A stretch of 64,000 nt of DNA from Dehalococcoidia bacterium UBA2247 (lineage in GTDB: Bacteria; Chloroflexota; Dehalococcoidia; UBA2247), in NCBI GenBank assembly GCA_002347295.1, contig DDXZ01000030.1, forward strand, positions 45,216-109,215, read 5' to 3'. The stretch's first letter is position 1. Every line of letters starts with the position of its first letter. The notes beneath the pieces were generated by a model. That model searched no databases and was not told where the DNA came from. It worked only from the letters and a program-made list of their open reading frames with translations. Shown piece by piece: positions 50,388-61,077 of the stretch. Made by a program: the position numbers and the translations under genes.

Positions 50388-50945
50388 TTAGATTTCCATA
50401 ATTTCTGATTCTTTATCTTTACATATAGTATCTATTTCTTCAATTAATATATCTGTTGTTTTTTGTAGTTGGGCTAATGCTCTCTTTTCGTCATCCTCTG
50501 TTATTTCACTGTCTTTCTTTAATTTGCGTATATTTTCCATAGTGTCCCGTCTGATATTACGCAGGACAACTTTAGCGTCTTCGCCCCTTTTCTTAAGTAT
50601 CTTAACCATGTCTTTTCTTTGTTCATTAGTTAACGATGGTATAGTAATACGGATGATAGTACCATCATTAGAAGGATTAAGATTAAGATTAGATTTTTGT
50701 ATGGCTTTCTCAATTTTACCCAATGCAGATTTATCCCAGGGTTGAATTACGAGTAATCTGGCTTCAGGTACAGAGATATTAGCAATGTGCTTAATGGGAG
50801 TAGGCACACCCTGATAATCTACTTTCACCTGTTCCAGAAGCGCTGGTGTTGCCCGTCCGGTTCGTATTGCAGCTAAATCACGACGGAATATCTCATTACT
50901 TTTCTGCATTTTAGCGTTAGCATTTGCAAGAACGTCAGTAATCAT
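50388..50945 (-). CDS. frr: ribosome recycling factor
   Basis: 185 aa with RRF pattern. It sits between pyrH and uppS. Confidence 0.85.
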   Translation of the reverse strand: MITDVLANANAKMQKSNEIFRRDLAAIRTGRATPALLEQVKVDYQGVPTPIKHIANISVPEARLLVIQPWDKSALGKIEKAIQKSNLNLNPSNDGTIIRITIPSLTNEQRKDMVKILKKRGEDAKVVLRNIRRDTMENIRKLKKDSEITEDDEKRALAQLQKTTDILIEEIDTICKDKESEIMEI

Positions 50946-50951
50946 CTTTCA

Positions 50952-51668
50952 TCACCTACTTGAGACTAATGTTCCAATACGCTCCCCATCCACAACTCGT
51001 TCTATTCCGTGTGGTTCTAGAATATTAAAGACTACGATAGGTAGTTTATTATCCATACATAATGAAAAAGCTGTGGAGTCCATTATTTCTAAGTGCCTTG
51101 TAATAGCTTCAGAATGAGTAATAACGTCGAATTTTACTGCCCCCTGTTTTTTTGCAGGATCATTATCGTAAATACCATCGACGTTATGTTTTGCCATAAG
51201 TAGTATTTCAGCCTGGATTTCGATGGCTCGTAATGCTGCTGTGGTATCGGTAGTCATATACGGGTTACCGGTGCCGGCGGCAAATATTACCACCCGTCCT
51301 TTTTCTAGATGACGAATAGCTCTGCGCCGGATAAATGGTTCAGCAACTGTTTGAATAGGTATTGCTGTCATAGTACGACATTCTATATTAGCTTTTTCCA
51401 GTGCGTCCTGCAGGGTAAGAGCATTAATAATTGTTGCTAACATTCCGGCATAATCAGCAGTGACACGATCCATTCCTCTGTTTTCGGCATCTGCACCGCG
51501 CCATATGTTACCGCCGCCAACAACAATTCCAATCTGGGTTCCACTTCTGGTGGTTTCGGATATTTGATCTGCGATATGTGTTACTGCTGTGGTATCAATG
51601 ACGGAGTCGCCCTTTCCTCCCAGCGCTTGACCACTTATTTTTAATAAGACCCGTCTATACCTCGGCAT
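50952..51668 (-). CDS. pyrH: UMP kinase
   Basis: '[15 protein letters not shown]' N-terminus and amino-acid kinase fold. Confidence 0.85.
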   Translation of the reverse strand: MPRYRRVLLKISGQALGGKGDSVIDTTAVTHIADQISETTRSGTQIGIVVGGGNIWRGADAENRGMDRVTADYAGMLATIINALTLQDALEKANIECRTMTAIPIQTVAEPFIRRRAIRHLEKGRVVIFAAGTGNPYMTTDTTAALRAIEIQAEILLMAKHNVDGIYDNDPAKKQGAVKFDVITHSEAITRHLEIMDSTAFSLCMDNKLPIVVFNILEPHGIERVVDGERIGTLVSSR

Positions 51669-51677
51669 TTATAACAC

Positions 51678-52181
51678 TCAACAACCCAGCGCAAAACGAC
51701 AGAATCTTTTTATCTTGATATTCTCTCCAGTTTTGGCAATAGCTTCATTAATAATATCCTGAACAGTTTTGCTTGGGTCCTTAATAAAAGGTTGTAATAG
51801 TAAACATGCTTCTTCAGGAGTAAGGTCAGTATTATTAACCAGGTCTTCTTTATTAACACAAAGCGGATTTGCCCCTGCAACTTGAAGTGCCAGATTATGG
51901 GCTAATTCTTTAAAAACATCGGTACGTGCAACAAAATCGCTCTCGCAATTTATTTCCACCATAACTCCGAGGTGCCCACCTTGATGTACATATGTTTCAA
52001 TAGTTCCCTGTGCGGTGACTCTTTCTGCTCTTTTTGCGGCTCTAGCCAGGCCCTTCTCTTTTAATATTTCTGTAGCCTGTTCTATGTTACCATCGGTTGT
52101 AATTAAAGCATTACGACAATCCATTATCCCCGCGCCAGTTGCCTCACGCAAAGTCTTAATAAGTGCAGTGGTAATCTCCAA
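51678..52181 (-). CDS. tsf: translation elongation factor Ts (short form)
   Basis: UBA-like N-terminus 'ALIKTLREATGAGIMDCRNAL'. It lies downstream of rpsB. Confidence 0.8.
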   Translation of the reverse strand: MEITTALIKTLREATGAGIMDCRNALITTDGNIEQATEILKEKGLARAAKRAERVTAQGTIETYVHQGGHLGVMVEINCESDFVARTDVFKELAHNLALQVAGANPLCVNKEDLVNNTDLTPEEACLLLQPFIKDPSKTVQDIINEAIAKTGENIKIKRFCRFALGC

Positions 52182-52197
52182 GAAAAATCCTCCTCAA

Positions 52198-53049
52198 TTA
52201 TTGTGTTTTATTATCAGCAATATCAGTTGTAGTCTCAATATTATTCGTATTTTCAAGTTTGGAAGGTTCAGAGTCAGGGCTGAAACTTAATACTTTTTGA
52301 TTTATTAATGCTTCAGCGCTTTCGGCTGCCAATTGTTCTTGTTCAACTTTCTGAAGTGCTTTTCCTTCGAGAATTGAGTCAGCCATTTTAGTGGTGATTA
52401 ACTTTATTGTTCTGATAGCATCATCATTAGCCGGGATAACATGGTCGATGACAAACGGATCAGAATTAGTATCAACTACGCCAATAATGGGAATTTTCAT
52501 TCGGTTAGCTTCTGCTACGGCAATAGACTCCCGGCTAGTATCAATAATAAATAGAGCTCCGGGAATTTTGGTCATTGTTTTAAGACCACCCATAGAGCGT
52601 TCCAATCTTTGTATTTCTCGCTCTAATTTTAATACTTCTTTTTTGGGTAAACGCTCAAATTCGCCTTTGGATTTACGATCTTCTAACTGCGACAAATAAT
52701 TAATACGCGATTGAATAGTATTAAAATTAGTTAGAGTTCCACCTATCCATCGCTGGTTAACAAATGGCATACCACAGCGTGTTGATTCTTGTGCAATTGA
52801 TTCTTGAGCTTGTCTTTTGGTCCCGACAAAAAGAATATCGTGGCCTTCGGAAGCAATTTTTCTTACTAATTCACACGCTTTATTCAGTAGTAATTCAGTT
52901 TTTTGCAGGTCTAGTATATGTATCCCGTTACGCTGGGTATAGATATAGCTTTTCATACGCGGATTCCATCTACCCACCTGATGACCAAAATGAGCACCAA
53001 CTTCTAATAACTGTTTAATTGAGATAGTTTCAACAGGACTTTCTGCCAT
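52198..53049 (-). CDS. rpsB: 30S ribosomal protein S2
   Basis: '[19 protein letters not shown]' signature and an acidic C-terminal tail. Confidence 0.85.
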   Translation of the reverse strand: MAESPVETISIKQLLEVGAHFGHQVGRWNPRMKSYIYTQRNGIHILDLQKTELLLNKACELVRKIASEGHDILFVGTKRQAQESIAQESTRCGMPFVNQRWIGGTLTNFNTIQSRINYLSQLEDRKSKGEFERLPKKEVLKLEREIQRLERSMGGLKTMTKIPGALFIIDTSRESIAVAEANRMKIPIIGVVDTNSDPFVIDHVIPANDDAIRTIKLITTKMADSILEGKALQKVEQEQLAAESAEALINQKVLSFSPDSEPSKLENTNNIETTTDIADNKTQ

Positions 53050-53106
53050 ACAACCTCCTTAATTTTGTGCACAAGAGTTTACCACAAATGATAGGTCTAA
53101 AACAAC

Positions 53107-54271
53107 TAAATGTACTCGTTCAGTTCATTGGTGACACATTACCTTCTTATAATATTTCTCCAGATTCTGTTGCGGGGTGAGATAACGCAAGTCCTGGTTG
53201 AGACGGATAGTATTACTTACCTGTTCCCATTGTAAGAGTTCAGGTCTGATATTTGCAAGGTCAAAGGTACTATCAATGACTTCATAGAACTCCTCGGCAT
53301 GGGTACGATTGGCTCTTTCCACTGCTCCGTTCAGTTGGGGTGATCGGGGTGGTAAAACGAAGAGTTTGCTCTTTCGTTTTTGGCATTCCTCTTCGAATAC
53401 CGATTGAAATTCACTACCGCCGTCGCTCTGTATGGATTTGATGATATGGGGAGTACGTTTTGGGATATCATCCCGGAAGAGAGCGGCATTCTCCGCGGGA
53501 GCTTGATGGTAAATAGCGAGGACATTCCAACGGGAGACGACATCGTAAGAAGAGAAGTGTTTCAAGACGATACCGGGTAAGGGGCGGGATATCCATAGTA
53601 TCCAGTTGCACTAATTCTCCCGGCAGTTTCGCCTGGTATTCTTGCGGTTTACGAACGGCATAATGTCCCGGTCTTCCGTATTTGCGTGAGGATACCTTAT
53701 GTCTTATGGGTTCCCGTAAGACATTACGTTTCTTGAGATAAGGGATGATGCGTCCTGCCAGAGAAACGGACAATTCATATCCTGCTGCCCGCAGCACTAC
53801 TGCCAGTTTGTCTTTGCCTCTGTGGGGATAACATTCCCGTACCTTACGTACGGCTTCAATCTATGCCAGAGTATAGCAGGGTGTTGAAAAACCTTGTTTT
53901 GGATTAAAAAGGGGTGTTGGCTAGGCACGAATTTTGGATGATTTTCACGCATTTTGCCTTTTTCAACACCCTGATAGGTTGGTTGGCGCACTCTCTTTGG
54001 ATGGCAGGAACGGGTTTCCAGAGTTTTGCGATGATGATAATCATAACGTTTCTGCCAGCGATAAAAGGTCTGCGGCGATATCCCGAAGTGCCGGCAAGTT
54101 AAGCGGGCGTTATACTGATGATTCCGGTAGTAATCAAACCAGCTCAGTCTGACTTGCGCTTCTTTAGACAGAACAATTTCTAATCTGCTTAATTGATAGC
54201 TTCCTATAACGATATTATATCTTATTTTCATGACACTATTATAGTGTCACTTATCTATCTGAACGAGATCA
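53107..54271 (-). mobile_element. rve-type IS (IS481-like), copy 2, inverted relative to copy 1, carrying a MITE insertion
   Basis: It has the same termini and transposase as copy 1 (ORFs 53797..54231, 53468..53797 and 53125..53565 on the minus strand). It is ~101 bp longer because of the insertion at 53877-53973. Confidence 0.65.
53877..53973. mobile_element. MITE-like element (~97 bp) inserted into IS copy 2
   Basis: 15-bp terminal inverted repeats cagggtgttgaaaaa / tttttcaacaccctg are present. It is absent from the otherwise collinear copy 1. The flanking CTAT is duplicated (ccaacCTAT|MITE|CTATactc versus ccaacCTATactc in copy 1). Confidence 0.6.
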
Positions 54272-54420
54272 ATAACATAAAAATATTAATTATATATAAA
54301 TGCCATAAATTATATAATACTGGTATATTCCTAATATCTGGTTGTTTTTTGGGATCAGGTAAAACAATGCAATAATTAAAAACATATCATGTTATAATAT
54401 TCCAATCACAACGGTATCAG

Positions 54421-56802
54421 GTGTATATTATGGACAGAAAAAGTCTCGAAATACTGGAATTTCCGCAAATAAAACAAATACTAGCGGGATATACCTCCTT
54501 TTCAGTAAGCCGACAGATGGCACTTGACCTGACTCCTACATCAGACTATAAGAGGATAGTTCATCTTCTTAATCAATCAACGGAAGCGCGCAAATTACTT
54601 GCCTCCGAAATTGGATTTTCCCTTGGAAAATTGCATGATATCCGCTCCGAAGTCCAGATGGCCGCACGCGGAAAAACACTGGAGCCCCAAAACCTGCTTG
54701 ATATACAACAAACTCTAATGGTAATGAGTGAGACACGTTATAAATTAGAAAGATATGCCGATGAATTACCTCTAATATGGAATATCGCTTCACAACTGGT
54801 TAATCTAGAAAATATCGCTTACCATATCAATCACTGTCTCGCGCCAAATGGTGAAATACTGGATAATGCATCTGATCATCTGGCAGAACTTCGACAACAA
54901 ATAAAAGATTTACGCCAAAAGTTATCCGGTATATTGGAAGGCATTATACAATCACCACGCGGTCAGGAGTTTATCCAGGAAGCCATTATTACCGAACGTG
55001 AAGGAAGATATGTCATTCCGGTAAAGATTGAACGACGTCGGGAAATAAAAGGCATTGTACATGATATTTCTAATACCGGTGCTACCATATTTGTCGAACC
55101 ATGGACTACGATTGAAACAGGAAACAGCCTTCGTGAAACAATTGCCGAAGAAAAACGAGAGGTAGAAAGAATTCTCCAAAATTTAAGTTCTGAAGTCGGA
55201 GTATATGAAACAGAAATAACACAGAGCATTAACCTCATAGCGGAATTAGATTTATTATTGGCTAAAGCATATTTTGCAAAGAGATATCATGCAGCGGAAC
55301 CGGCATTAGTAGTATATGATGATATTCCCACACAAAGTACCGTTTTAAAAATATTAGAGGCACGCCATCCTTTACTAGGAGATAATGCAGTACCGCTTTC
55401 TATCGAAATAGGAAGGGATTTCTCAATACTTATCATTACCGGGCCCAATACCGGTGGCAAGACAGTAGCACTAAAAACAATTGGTTTGCTTAGCTTGATG
55501 ACACAAGCCGGCATTCCGATTCCAGCATCAGGTGATAGCCAGATCCCTATATTTGATAATATTTTCGCTGATATCGGGGATGAACAAAGTATAATACAAA
55601 CTCTTTCCACTTTTGGCTGGCACATAGGCAACATCAATCATATTATCCGGGAAGCAACTCCCAGAAGTCTAGTTTTACTTGATGAGCTCGGTACCAGTAC
55701 TGACCCTGTAGAAGGTTCCGCTCTGGCTATTTCCATTCTACGTCATTTTTTAAAAGCAGGGACTATGACTGTTGCTACCACTCATTTCAGCGAAGTTAAG
55801 GCTCTAGCGCATTCAACGACAGGAATGCAAAATGCTTCTTTTGATTTTGACCCGGTGACATTATCTCCCACATTCCATTTAACATTAGGTATACCGAGTG
55901 GAAGCAACGCTCTGGCAGTTGCCCGTCATCTGGGATTACCATCAGAAATCATTATGGATGCTGAAAAAATGATACCTCAGGGTATTAGAGAATTAGAAGC
56001 GCTATTGAACAATCTAAAGAGTAAAGAACAAGAAATTGCCACTTTACACCGGCAGTTAGAAAAAGAGAAGGAAACCATAGCCCAAAATAAAAGGGTTTTT
56101 GAAGAAGAATTGCGTGCTTCACGTATCGAAATGAATAGTACCATCTTAAAAGCACGCCGTAAAATTGAATCCGAGGTTACCGAACTAAGCAGACAAGTTA
56201 ATGAAGCAGCTACCGAACTAAAAAAGGAAAAGTCACGCGAGAAGGTGGAACAGACACGTAAAATCATTGCCGAAGTACGGGAGCAGATGAGCAAAGAAAT
56301 TTTTCAAACAGAAGAAGGAGAAACAGGGCAAATAGTTAACGGAAACCACATATCTATTGGAGATACTGTATCTATTAGAGACATGGCAATTAAAGCAAAG
56401 GTACTCTCTATATCGGAAGACAGGCATGAAGTAGAGCTACAGGCAGGGCATAGCAGGCTTTGTCTCAGTATTGATAAAATAGACAAAATAAACAATGCTA
56501 AACCATTGGATACTAGTGCTAAACCATATATCAGGATTAAAGAACGCCCCTTACTTTCAGCCAACCGTGAGCTTAATCTACGAGGTAAACGTGCTGACGA
56601 AATTGAACCGATGCTCGACCATTTTCTCAATGAGGCATCCCTGACCGGTTTTAATCTTGAATTACGCATAGTACATGGTTACGGCACAGGAACTGTACGC
56701 CAGATTACACGTGATTTTCTCGCCCGGCACCCTCTGGTAAAATCATTTCGCCCAGGCAATCCCAACGAAGGCGGAGATGGGGCTACAATAGTGCAACTCT
56801 GA
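54421..56802 (+). CDS. mutS2: endonuclease MutS2 (MutS ATPase paralogue with C-terminal Smr domain)
   Basis: Walker A 'GPNTGGKTVALKTIGL', a long coiled-coil and a C-terminal Smr domain ('LELRIVHGYGTGTVRQ'). Confidence 0.85.
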   Translation: MYIMDRKSLEILEFPQIKQILAGYTSFSVSRQMALDLTPTSDYKRIVHLLNQSTEARKLLASEIGFSLGKLHDIRSEVQMAARGKTLEPQNLLDIQQTLMVMSETRYKLERYADELPLIWNIASQLVNLENIAYHINHCLAPNGEILDNASDHLAELRQQIKDLRQKLSGILEGIIQSPRGQEFIQEAIITEREGRYVIPVKIERRREIKGIVHDISNTGATIFVEPWTTIETGNSLRETIAEEKREVERILQNLSSEVGVYETEITQSINLIAELDLLLAKAYFAKRYHAAEPALVVYDDIPTQSTVLKILEARHPLLGDNAVPLSIEIGRDFSILIITGPNTGGKTVALKTIGLLSLMTQAGIPIPASGDSQIPIFDNIFADIGDEQSIIQTLSTFGWHIGNINHIIREATPRSLVLLDELGTSTDPVEGSALAISILRHFLKAGTMTVATTHFSEVKALAHSTTGMQNASFDFDPVTLSPTFHLTLGIPSGSNALAVARHLGLPSEIIMDAEKMIPQGIRELEALLNNLKSKEQEIATLHRQLEKEKETIAQNKRVFEEELRASRIEMNSTILKARRKIESEVTELSRQVNEAATELKKEKSREKVEQTRKIIAEVREQMSKEIFQTEEGETGQIVNGNHISIGDTVSIRDMAIKAKVLSISEDRHEVELQAGHSRLCLSIDKIDKINNAKPLDTSAKPYIRIKERPLLSANRELNLRGKRADEIEPMLDHFLNEASLTGFNLELRIVHGYGTGTVRQITRDFLARHPLVKSFRPGNPNEGGDGATIVQL

Positions 56803-56865
56803 TTTTTAATACTAATTGTAACAATGAAATTTTTCGGTGATAATTAAACAAATGAGGCCTATTCT

Positions 56866-57603
56866 ATGTTCTCCTCTCATAAATTTTATCTTAACCGACA
56901 GAAAATGCTCTTACTCCTCCATGAATTAAAAACTACTGCTCTCCCTGCCCAATCGCTATATATCCCGGTAGGTCAAACCACTATACAAACCACATCACAA
57001 ATACAAAAAGTCGTCCCGCAAGACATGGTCACCGAACTGTCAGATATCGCTGTCAAATCACAAACCGGCTCTATTCTATTCTGGAGTAATGTAAAAAGAT
57101 ACCTCATCTATCCGCCATTTCCAATATTACTTCCCTCTGGAGATAATAACTTGAATGTAGACCATTTTATTGCCACATTAAAACAGGATTATCGTATCGC
57201 ATTAATACTCATTCGTGCAGGATTTTATGCTATTGGTCTCTGTCAGGGAGAAATACTTATCGCCAGTAAAGTCGGCACCGGTAACATTCATTCACGCCAA
57301 AGACAGGGAGGACGCTCGGCAAAGAGATTTGAACATCGCCGTGATAAACAAATTGAATATTTCCTTAGTCGTATTTACCAGTACACATCTGAAATAATTC
57401 TACCTCAAGCAAAAACAATTAATTACATCGTCTATGGCGGGTCACGTGAGATAATCCAGACATGTCAAAAACAGTGCCCCCTGCTTCAACAATTTAATAA
57501 TCGACAACTACCATATATATTGGATATTCATAATCCCAACCAATCAGTTCTTGAAGAATCCGTATTACGTATCTGGTCCAGTACCATAATAGAAATTATA
57601 TAA
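56866..57603 (+). CDS. Vms1/ANKZF1-like (VLRF1-domain) protein, putative peptidyl-tRNA hydrolase
   Basis: The segment 'RQRQGGRSAKRFEHRRDKQ' resembles the conserved GGQ-like/'SAxRFxRxRE' catalytic loop of Vms1-family release-factor-like domains. It lies 64 bp downstream of mutS2 on the same strand. Confidence 0.45.
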   Translation: MFSSHKFYLNRQKMLLLLHELKTTALPAQSLYIPVGQTTIQTTSQIQKVVPQDMVTELSDIAVKSQTGSILFWSNVKRYLIYPPFPILLPSGDNNLNVDHFIATLKQDYRIALILIRAGFYAIGLCQGEILIASKVGTGNIHSRQRQGGRSAKRFEHRRDKQIEYFLSRIYQYTSEIILPQAKTINYIVYGGSREIIQTCQKQCPLLQQFNNRQLPYILDIHNPNQSVLEESVLRIWSSTIIEII

Positions 57604-57695
57604 ATAATTATTTACAGTAATCAATGCGATATACGTTATAATTGAAACATCTCTACCTCATACCAAAATATAAACGTAAATAAAAGGAGACCAAT

Positions 57696-59167
57696 ATGAC
57701 ATCTGCCAGAACAATAAAAAATAGTAAACTTCAAGCCGATATTGTCATAATCGGTGCCGGTGCAGCGGGATTTTTCGCGGCAGTTGCCGCAGTAGAATCA
57801 GGCATCAAAAATATCGCATTATTGGAAGAGAGACGTATTCTGGGAGGGAATGGTATCTTTCCTGAAGGCATATTCGCGGCCGGAAGTTATCTTCAGAAAC
57901 GACAGGGAATCGATGCCTCTACTGATAGTGTCTTCAAAATGGCAAGGGAGTTTTCGCACTGGAAAACTAACCCGCGCCTTGTCCGGGCATTAATTGATAA
58001 ATCAGCAGATACCATTCTCTGATTAAAAGAAAAAGGAGTAAATTTTACTGGTGTTATCCCTCATTATCCTAATCAGGAACCTGCTTTCTTCCATGTCATT
58101 TCTGATACCAAATCACTCGGGGCAGTAGTAATAAGTACACTATCCCGAATCTGTCAAGAGCAAAATGTACCAACCCTCTGCCAAACAGAAGCAATAAAAT
58201 TGGTCACCGATAAAAAAGGACACCTGAAAGGAGTTATTGCTCTTTCCGAAGATAAAGAAATTACTATCGAAACCAAGGCAGTAATTATTACCACCGGTGG
58301 ATTTGCAGGAAATGAGGAATTAATAAAAACATATATTCCTTCATATAATAAGGAAGAGATACGGCTTGATGGACTACCTCATCAGGAGAGTGGATTCCTT
58401 ATGGCTTCAGAAATAGGGGCGGCTCAAGAAGATGCCATAACACTGGAAATAATAGGACCTGCTTATTTCGGTCCAGCTTCAATAGCATCTTTTACCCGCC
58501 GCCCCAATATGCTCTGGATTAATAAAAAAGGAGAAAGATTTGCTGATGAGAGCACTATTTTTCATATTCATTCCAAATCAGTAAATGCTCTCTTTCAGCA
58601 ACCGAGTAAAATGGCATACGCCCTATTCGATGAAAGTATTAAACAGAGTATAATCCAGGAAAGTCCGGGACCTTTTGAATATTTCGCTTTGCACGGCAAA
58701 GCATGGCTGGCAAATATAGAAACTGATCTTAAATCGCAGTTAGATAAAGATACAGTTAAGATAGCTGGTTCCTGGAATGAAATTGCCCAATGGATATCCG
58801 TGGCACCGGAAATATTGAACAATACTGTAGAAACATATAATTTGTACTGTAAATGTGGTTATGACGAAGTTTTTGCCAAAGAGAGACAAAAATACCTTAT
58901 TCCTCTACGTACTCTTCCGTATTACGCCTTAAAAGACGGCATAGCGATGGTTGCCACACACGGTGGCATTAAGGTCACCATGATATGGAAGTTCTTGATC
59001 AAGATGATTATCCTGTCCCCGGGCTGTATGCTGCCGGAGTAGACACAGGCGGTACAGATGCCGATACCTATAATTTTGCACTTACCGATCATTCTTTTGG
59101 ATTTGCGATTAACGGTGGCCGTATTGCCGGTGAAAACGCAGCAAATTACGCTATTAACAAAAATTAG
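57696..59167 (+). pseudogene. FAD-dependent oxidoreductase (fumarate-reductase/succinate-dehydrogenase flavoprotein-like) with an in-frame TGA (58020-58022) and a frameshift near 58975-58985
   Basis: N-terminal 'DIVIIGAGAAGFFAA' FAD-binding motif. The frame continues through the TGA (DTIL*LKEKGVNFTG, where Trp is expected) into ORF 58200..59042. The C-terminal 'GLYAAGVDTGG' lies in another frame (58985..59167). Confidence 0.6.
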
Positions 59168-59196
59168 AGTCTCACAACTCAAAAAAATTATATAGT

Positions 59197-59229
59197 AAAG
59201 GGGCGTAATAAAACGTGCCCCCTTTTACT
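59197..59229. terminator. putative bidirectional rho-independent terminator
   Basis: aaaggggc-gtaataaaacgt-gccccctttt is a GC-rich hairpin with flanking A/T runs. It lies between convergent genes, the + strand pseudogene and the - strand gene ending at 59260. Confidence 0.5.
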
Positions 59230-59259
59230 ATATATCATAGCAAAATGCTAAATGAAACA

Positions 59260-60126
59260 TCACGGTAAATTCATTGCTGCCATAATAGCTACCGGATCAT
59301 AGTTAAATTTTGACGCCGGAGCATCTGTTTGGTCCGGATGACCGACCGCAGGTTCTCCTTTAACTGATTTAATCAAAGAGAAGGCTCTCTCCAGGTTTTC
59401 CTCATTCCCTTCTATAACCAACACCACCGCTCCTTCCGAACCGCCAATACCACCGGAAGCAACATGAGTTGACCTCACCCCGGCCAATACCGCAAGGGCC
59501 TGAATCTCTGTAATCACTTCAGCATTAACTAAAGGGATAAGAGCACAGGGCATCCCTGTTGAATATTTGTATTTATAAATACCAGTTTTAGGTATAGCAT
59601 CGCTAACAGACGGAATCATCCGCTCCAATCCGGTAGGAACGATAAGATGCGCCGCTCTTGCCATTAATATCGGAAGGGCATATCCGATAGTCCCGCTATC
59701 TGCTCCCGCTGCCAGAACAGCCGCATTCCCCGAACTATCAATAGCACTAGCACCTTTAATAAAAATATCATCCTGTCGAAAATTTTGAATAATATCCCGT
59801 GGATTAACATCCTCTATTGTGCCTTGCCGTACAACATAACCATTTCCCAGACCTCTCTTGATGTTTATATGTAACTCACCATTTACAATAAGACCACGGC
59901 CATAATTGGATTTTGGCTCTACCGAAATATTAATGAGTTCTTCAACAACGAATGCATTGGTAGTTCCGCGTGCTATAATTATTAAACCATTCTGAAGTGC
60001 ATTCTTTATTTCCGGTAGAGCAGCGACTCCTCGGGAAATAAGTCGCATTGATTCTGCAGGAGTAAGACTAATCATAGCCAAAACCGCTTTTCCTTTTATC
60101 TCAGGAACATCTACATGATAAAACAT
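59260..60126 (-). CDS. conserved hypothetical protein
   Basis: 288-aa clean ORF with Gly-rich segments. I cannot place the family. Confidence 0.4.
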   Translation of the reverse strand: MFYHVDVPEIKGKAVLAMISLTPAESMRLISRGVAALPEIKNALQNGLIIIARGTTNAFVVEELINISVEPKSNYGRGLIVNGELHINIKRGLGNGYVVRQGTIEDVNPRDIIQNFRQDDIFIKGASAIDSSGNAAVLAAGADSGTIGYALPILMARAAHLIVPTGLERMIPSVSDAIPKTGIYKYKYSTGMPCALIPLVNAEVITEIQALAVLAGVRSTHVASGGIGGSEGAVVLVIEGNEENLERAFSLIKSVKGEPAVGHPDQTDAPASKFNYDPVAIMAAMNLP

Positions 60127-60225
60127 TGTCTGCTCTTCTCCTATTTAAGATATTAGTACGATACTTTTATAATTCACTTATTAAAAATTATATTCCTATT
60201 TCTCTATTACAAACATGAAACTAAT

Positions 60226-61077
60226 TTATTGTAATATTATCTCTCCTGATAATGGATTACCATTTTCTACCGATTCCAGAAATTCCAGCACTGCGGGATT
60301 AAAAACATCAGGACGCCAGACTGCCGTCTCATGAACTGAACCCTCTATTTCAACATAGCGTGAGTTTTTAATTTGTCGATGCAGTATTGCAGCGCCCTGT
60401 TTTAAATGATCATCACCGCCAACAACAATTAATGTGGGAACTTTAATATCATCTGCTACTGTAGGAAGCCAACTATCTCTCCATGGTTCAGCACGTTGTA
60501 CCCCGGCAAAACCATTAAACGAGAAACGCGCCATACGGGCGATATACCACTCCTGGAGAGCTTCATCATTCAGTACAGGACGAGGTGCAGTAGCATTACC
60601 GATGCGACGTCTTGCCAGATCTGCCATGCCTCTCTCCACCGCATATTTTACATCCTCTTCTATCATCATACGCCTTAGAGCATCACTTTCGGGCTCGGGA
60701 GGCTGAAATCCACCATCTGTATCAAAAATAAGCAACGCTTCTACTCTTTCCGGATGCTTTCCGGCATAACCCATTGAAGCAGCACCACCCATTGATAATC
60801 CACCTACATATGCCTTATCTATTTTTAAATAGTTAAGCAAACGATGTAAATCTTCAACTATAAGCTCCAGAGTGTAATTCTCCGCACCTGCAGGAGCAGA
60901 TGATAATCCGTGACCACGTACATCATACACAATAAGCTTATATTTCTTTGAAAATGCTTCTATCTGAGGTGTCCACACTTCAAGATTACCGGAAAAACCA
61001 TGAGTTAATATCAGGGGAAAACCTGAACCATAAACATGATAATTAATATTGAGGTCGTCTGACTTACAAACCGGCAT
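60226..61077 (-). CDS. alpha/beta hydrolase fold protein
   Basis: Nucleophile elbow 'GGLSMGG' and N-terminal 'HGFSGN' oxyanion region. Confidence 0.7.
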   Translation of the reverse strand: MPVCKSDDLNINYHVYGSGFPLILTHGFSGNLEVWTPQIEAFSKKYKLIVYDVRGHGLSSAPAGAENYTLELIVEDLHRLLNYLKIDKAYVGGLSMGGAASMGYAGKHPERVEALLIFDTDGGFQPPEPESDALRRMMIEEDVKYAVERGMADLARRRIGNATAPRPVLNDEALQEWYIARMARFSFNGFAGVQRAEPWRDSWLPTVADDIKVPTLIVVGGDDHLKQGAAILHRQIKNSRYVEIEGSVHETAVWRPDVFNPAVLEFLESVENGNPLSGEIILQ

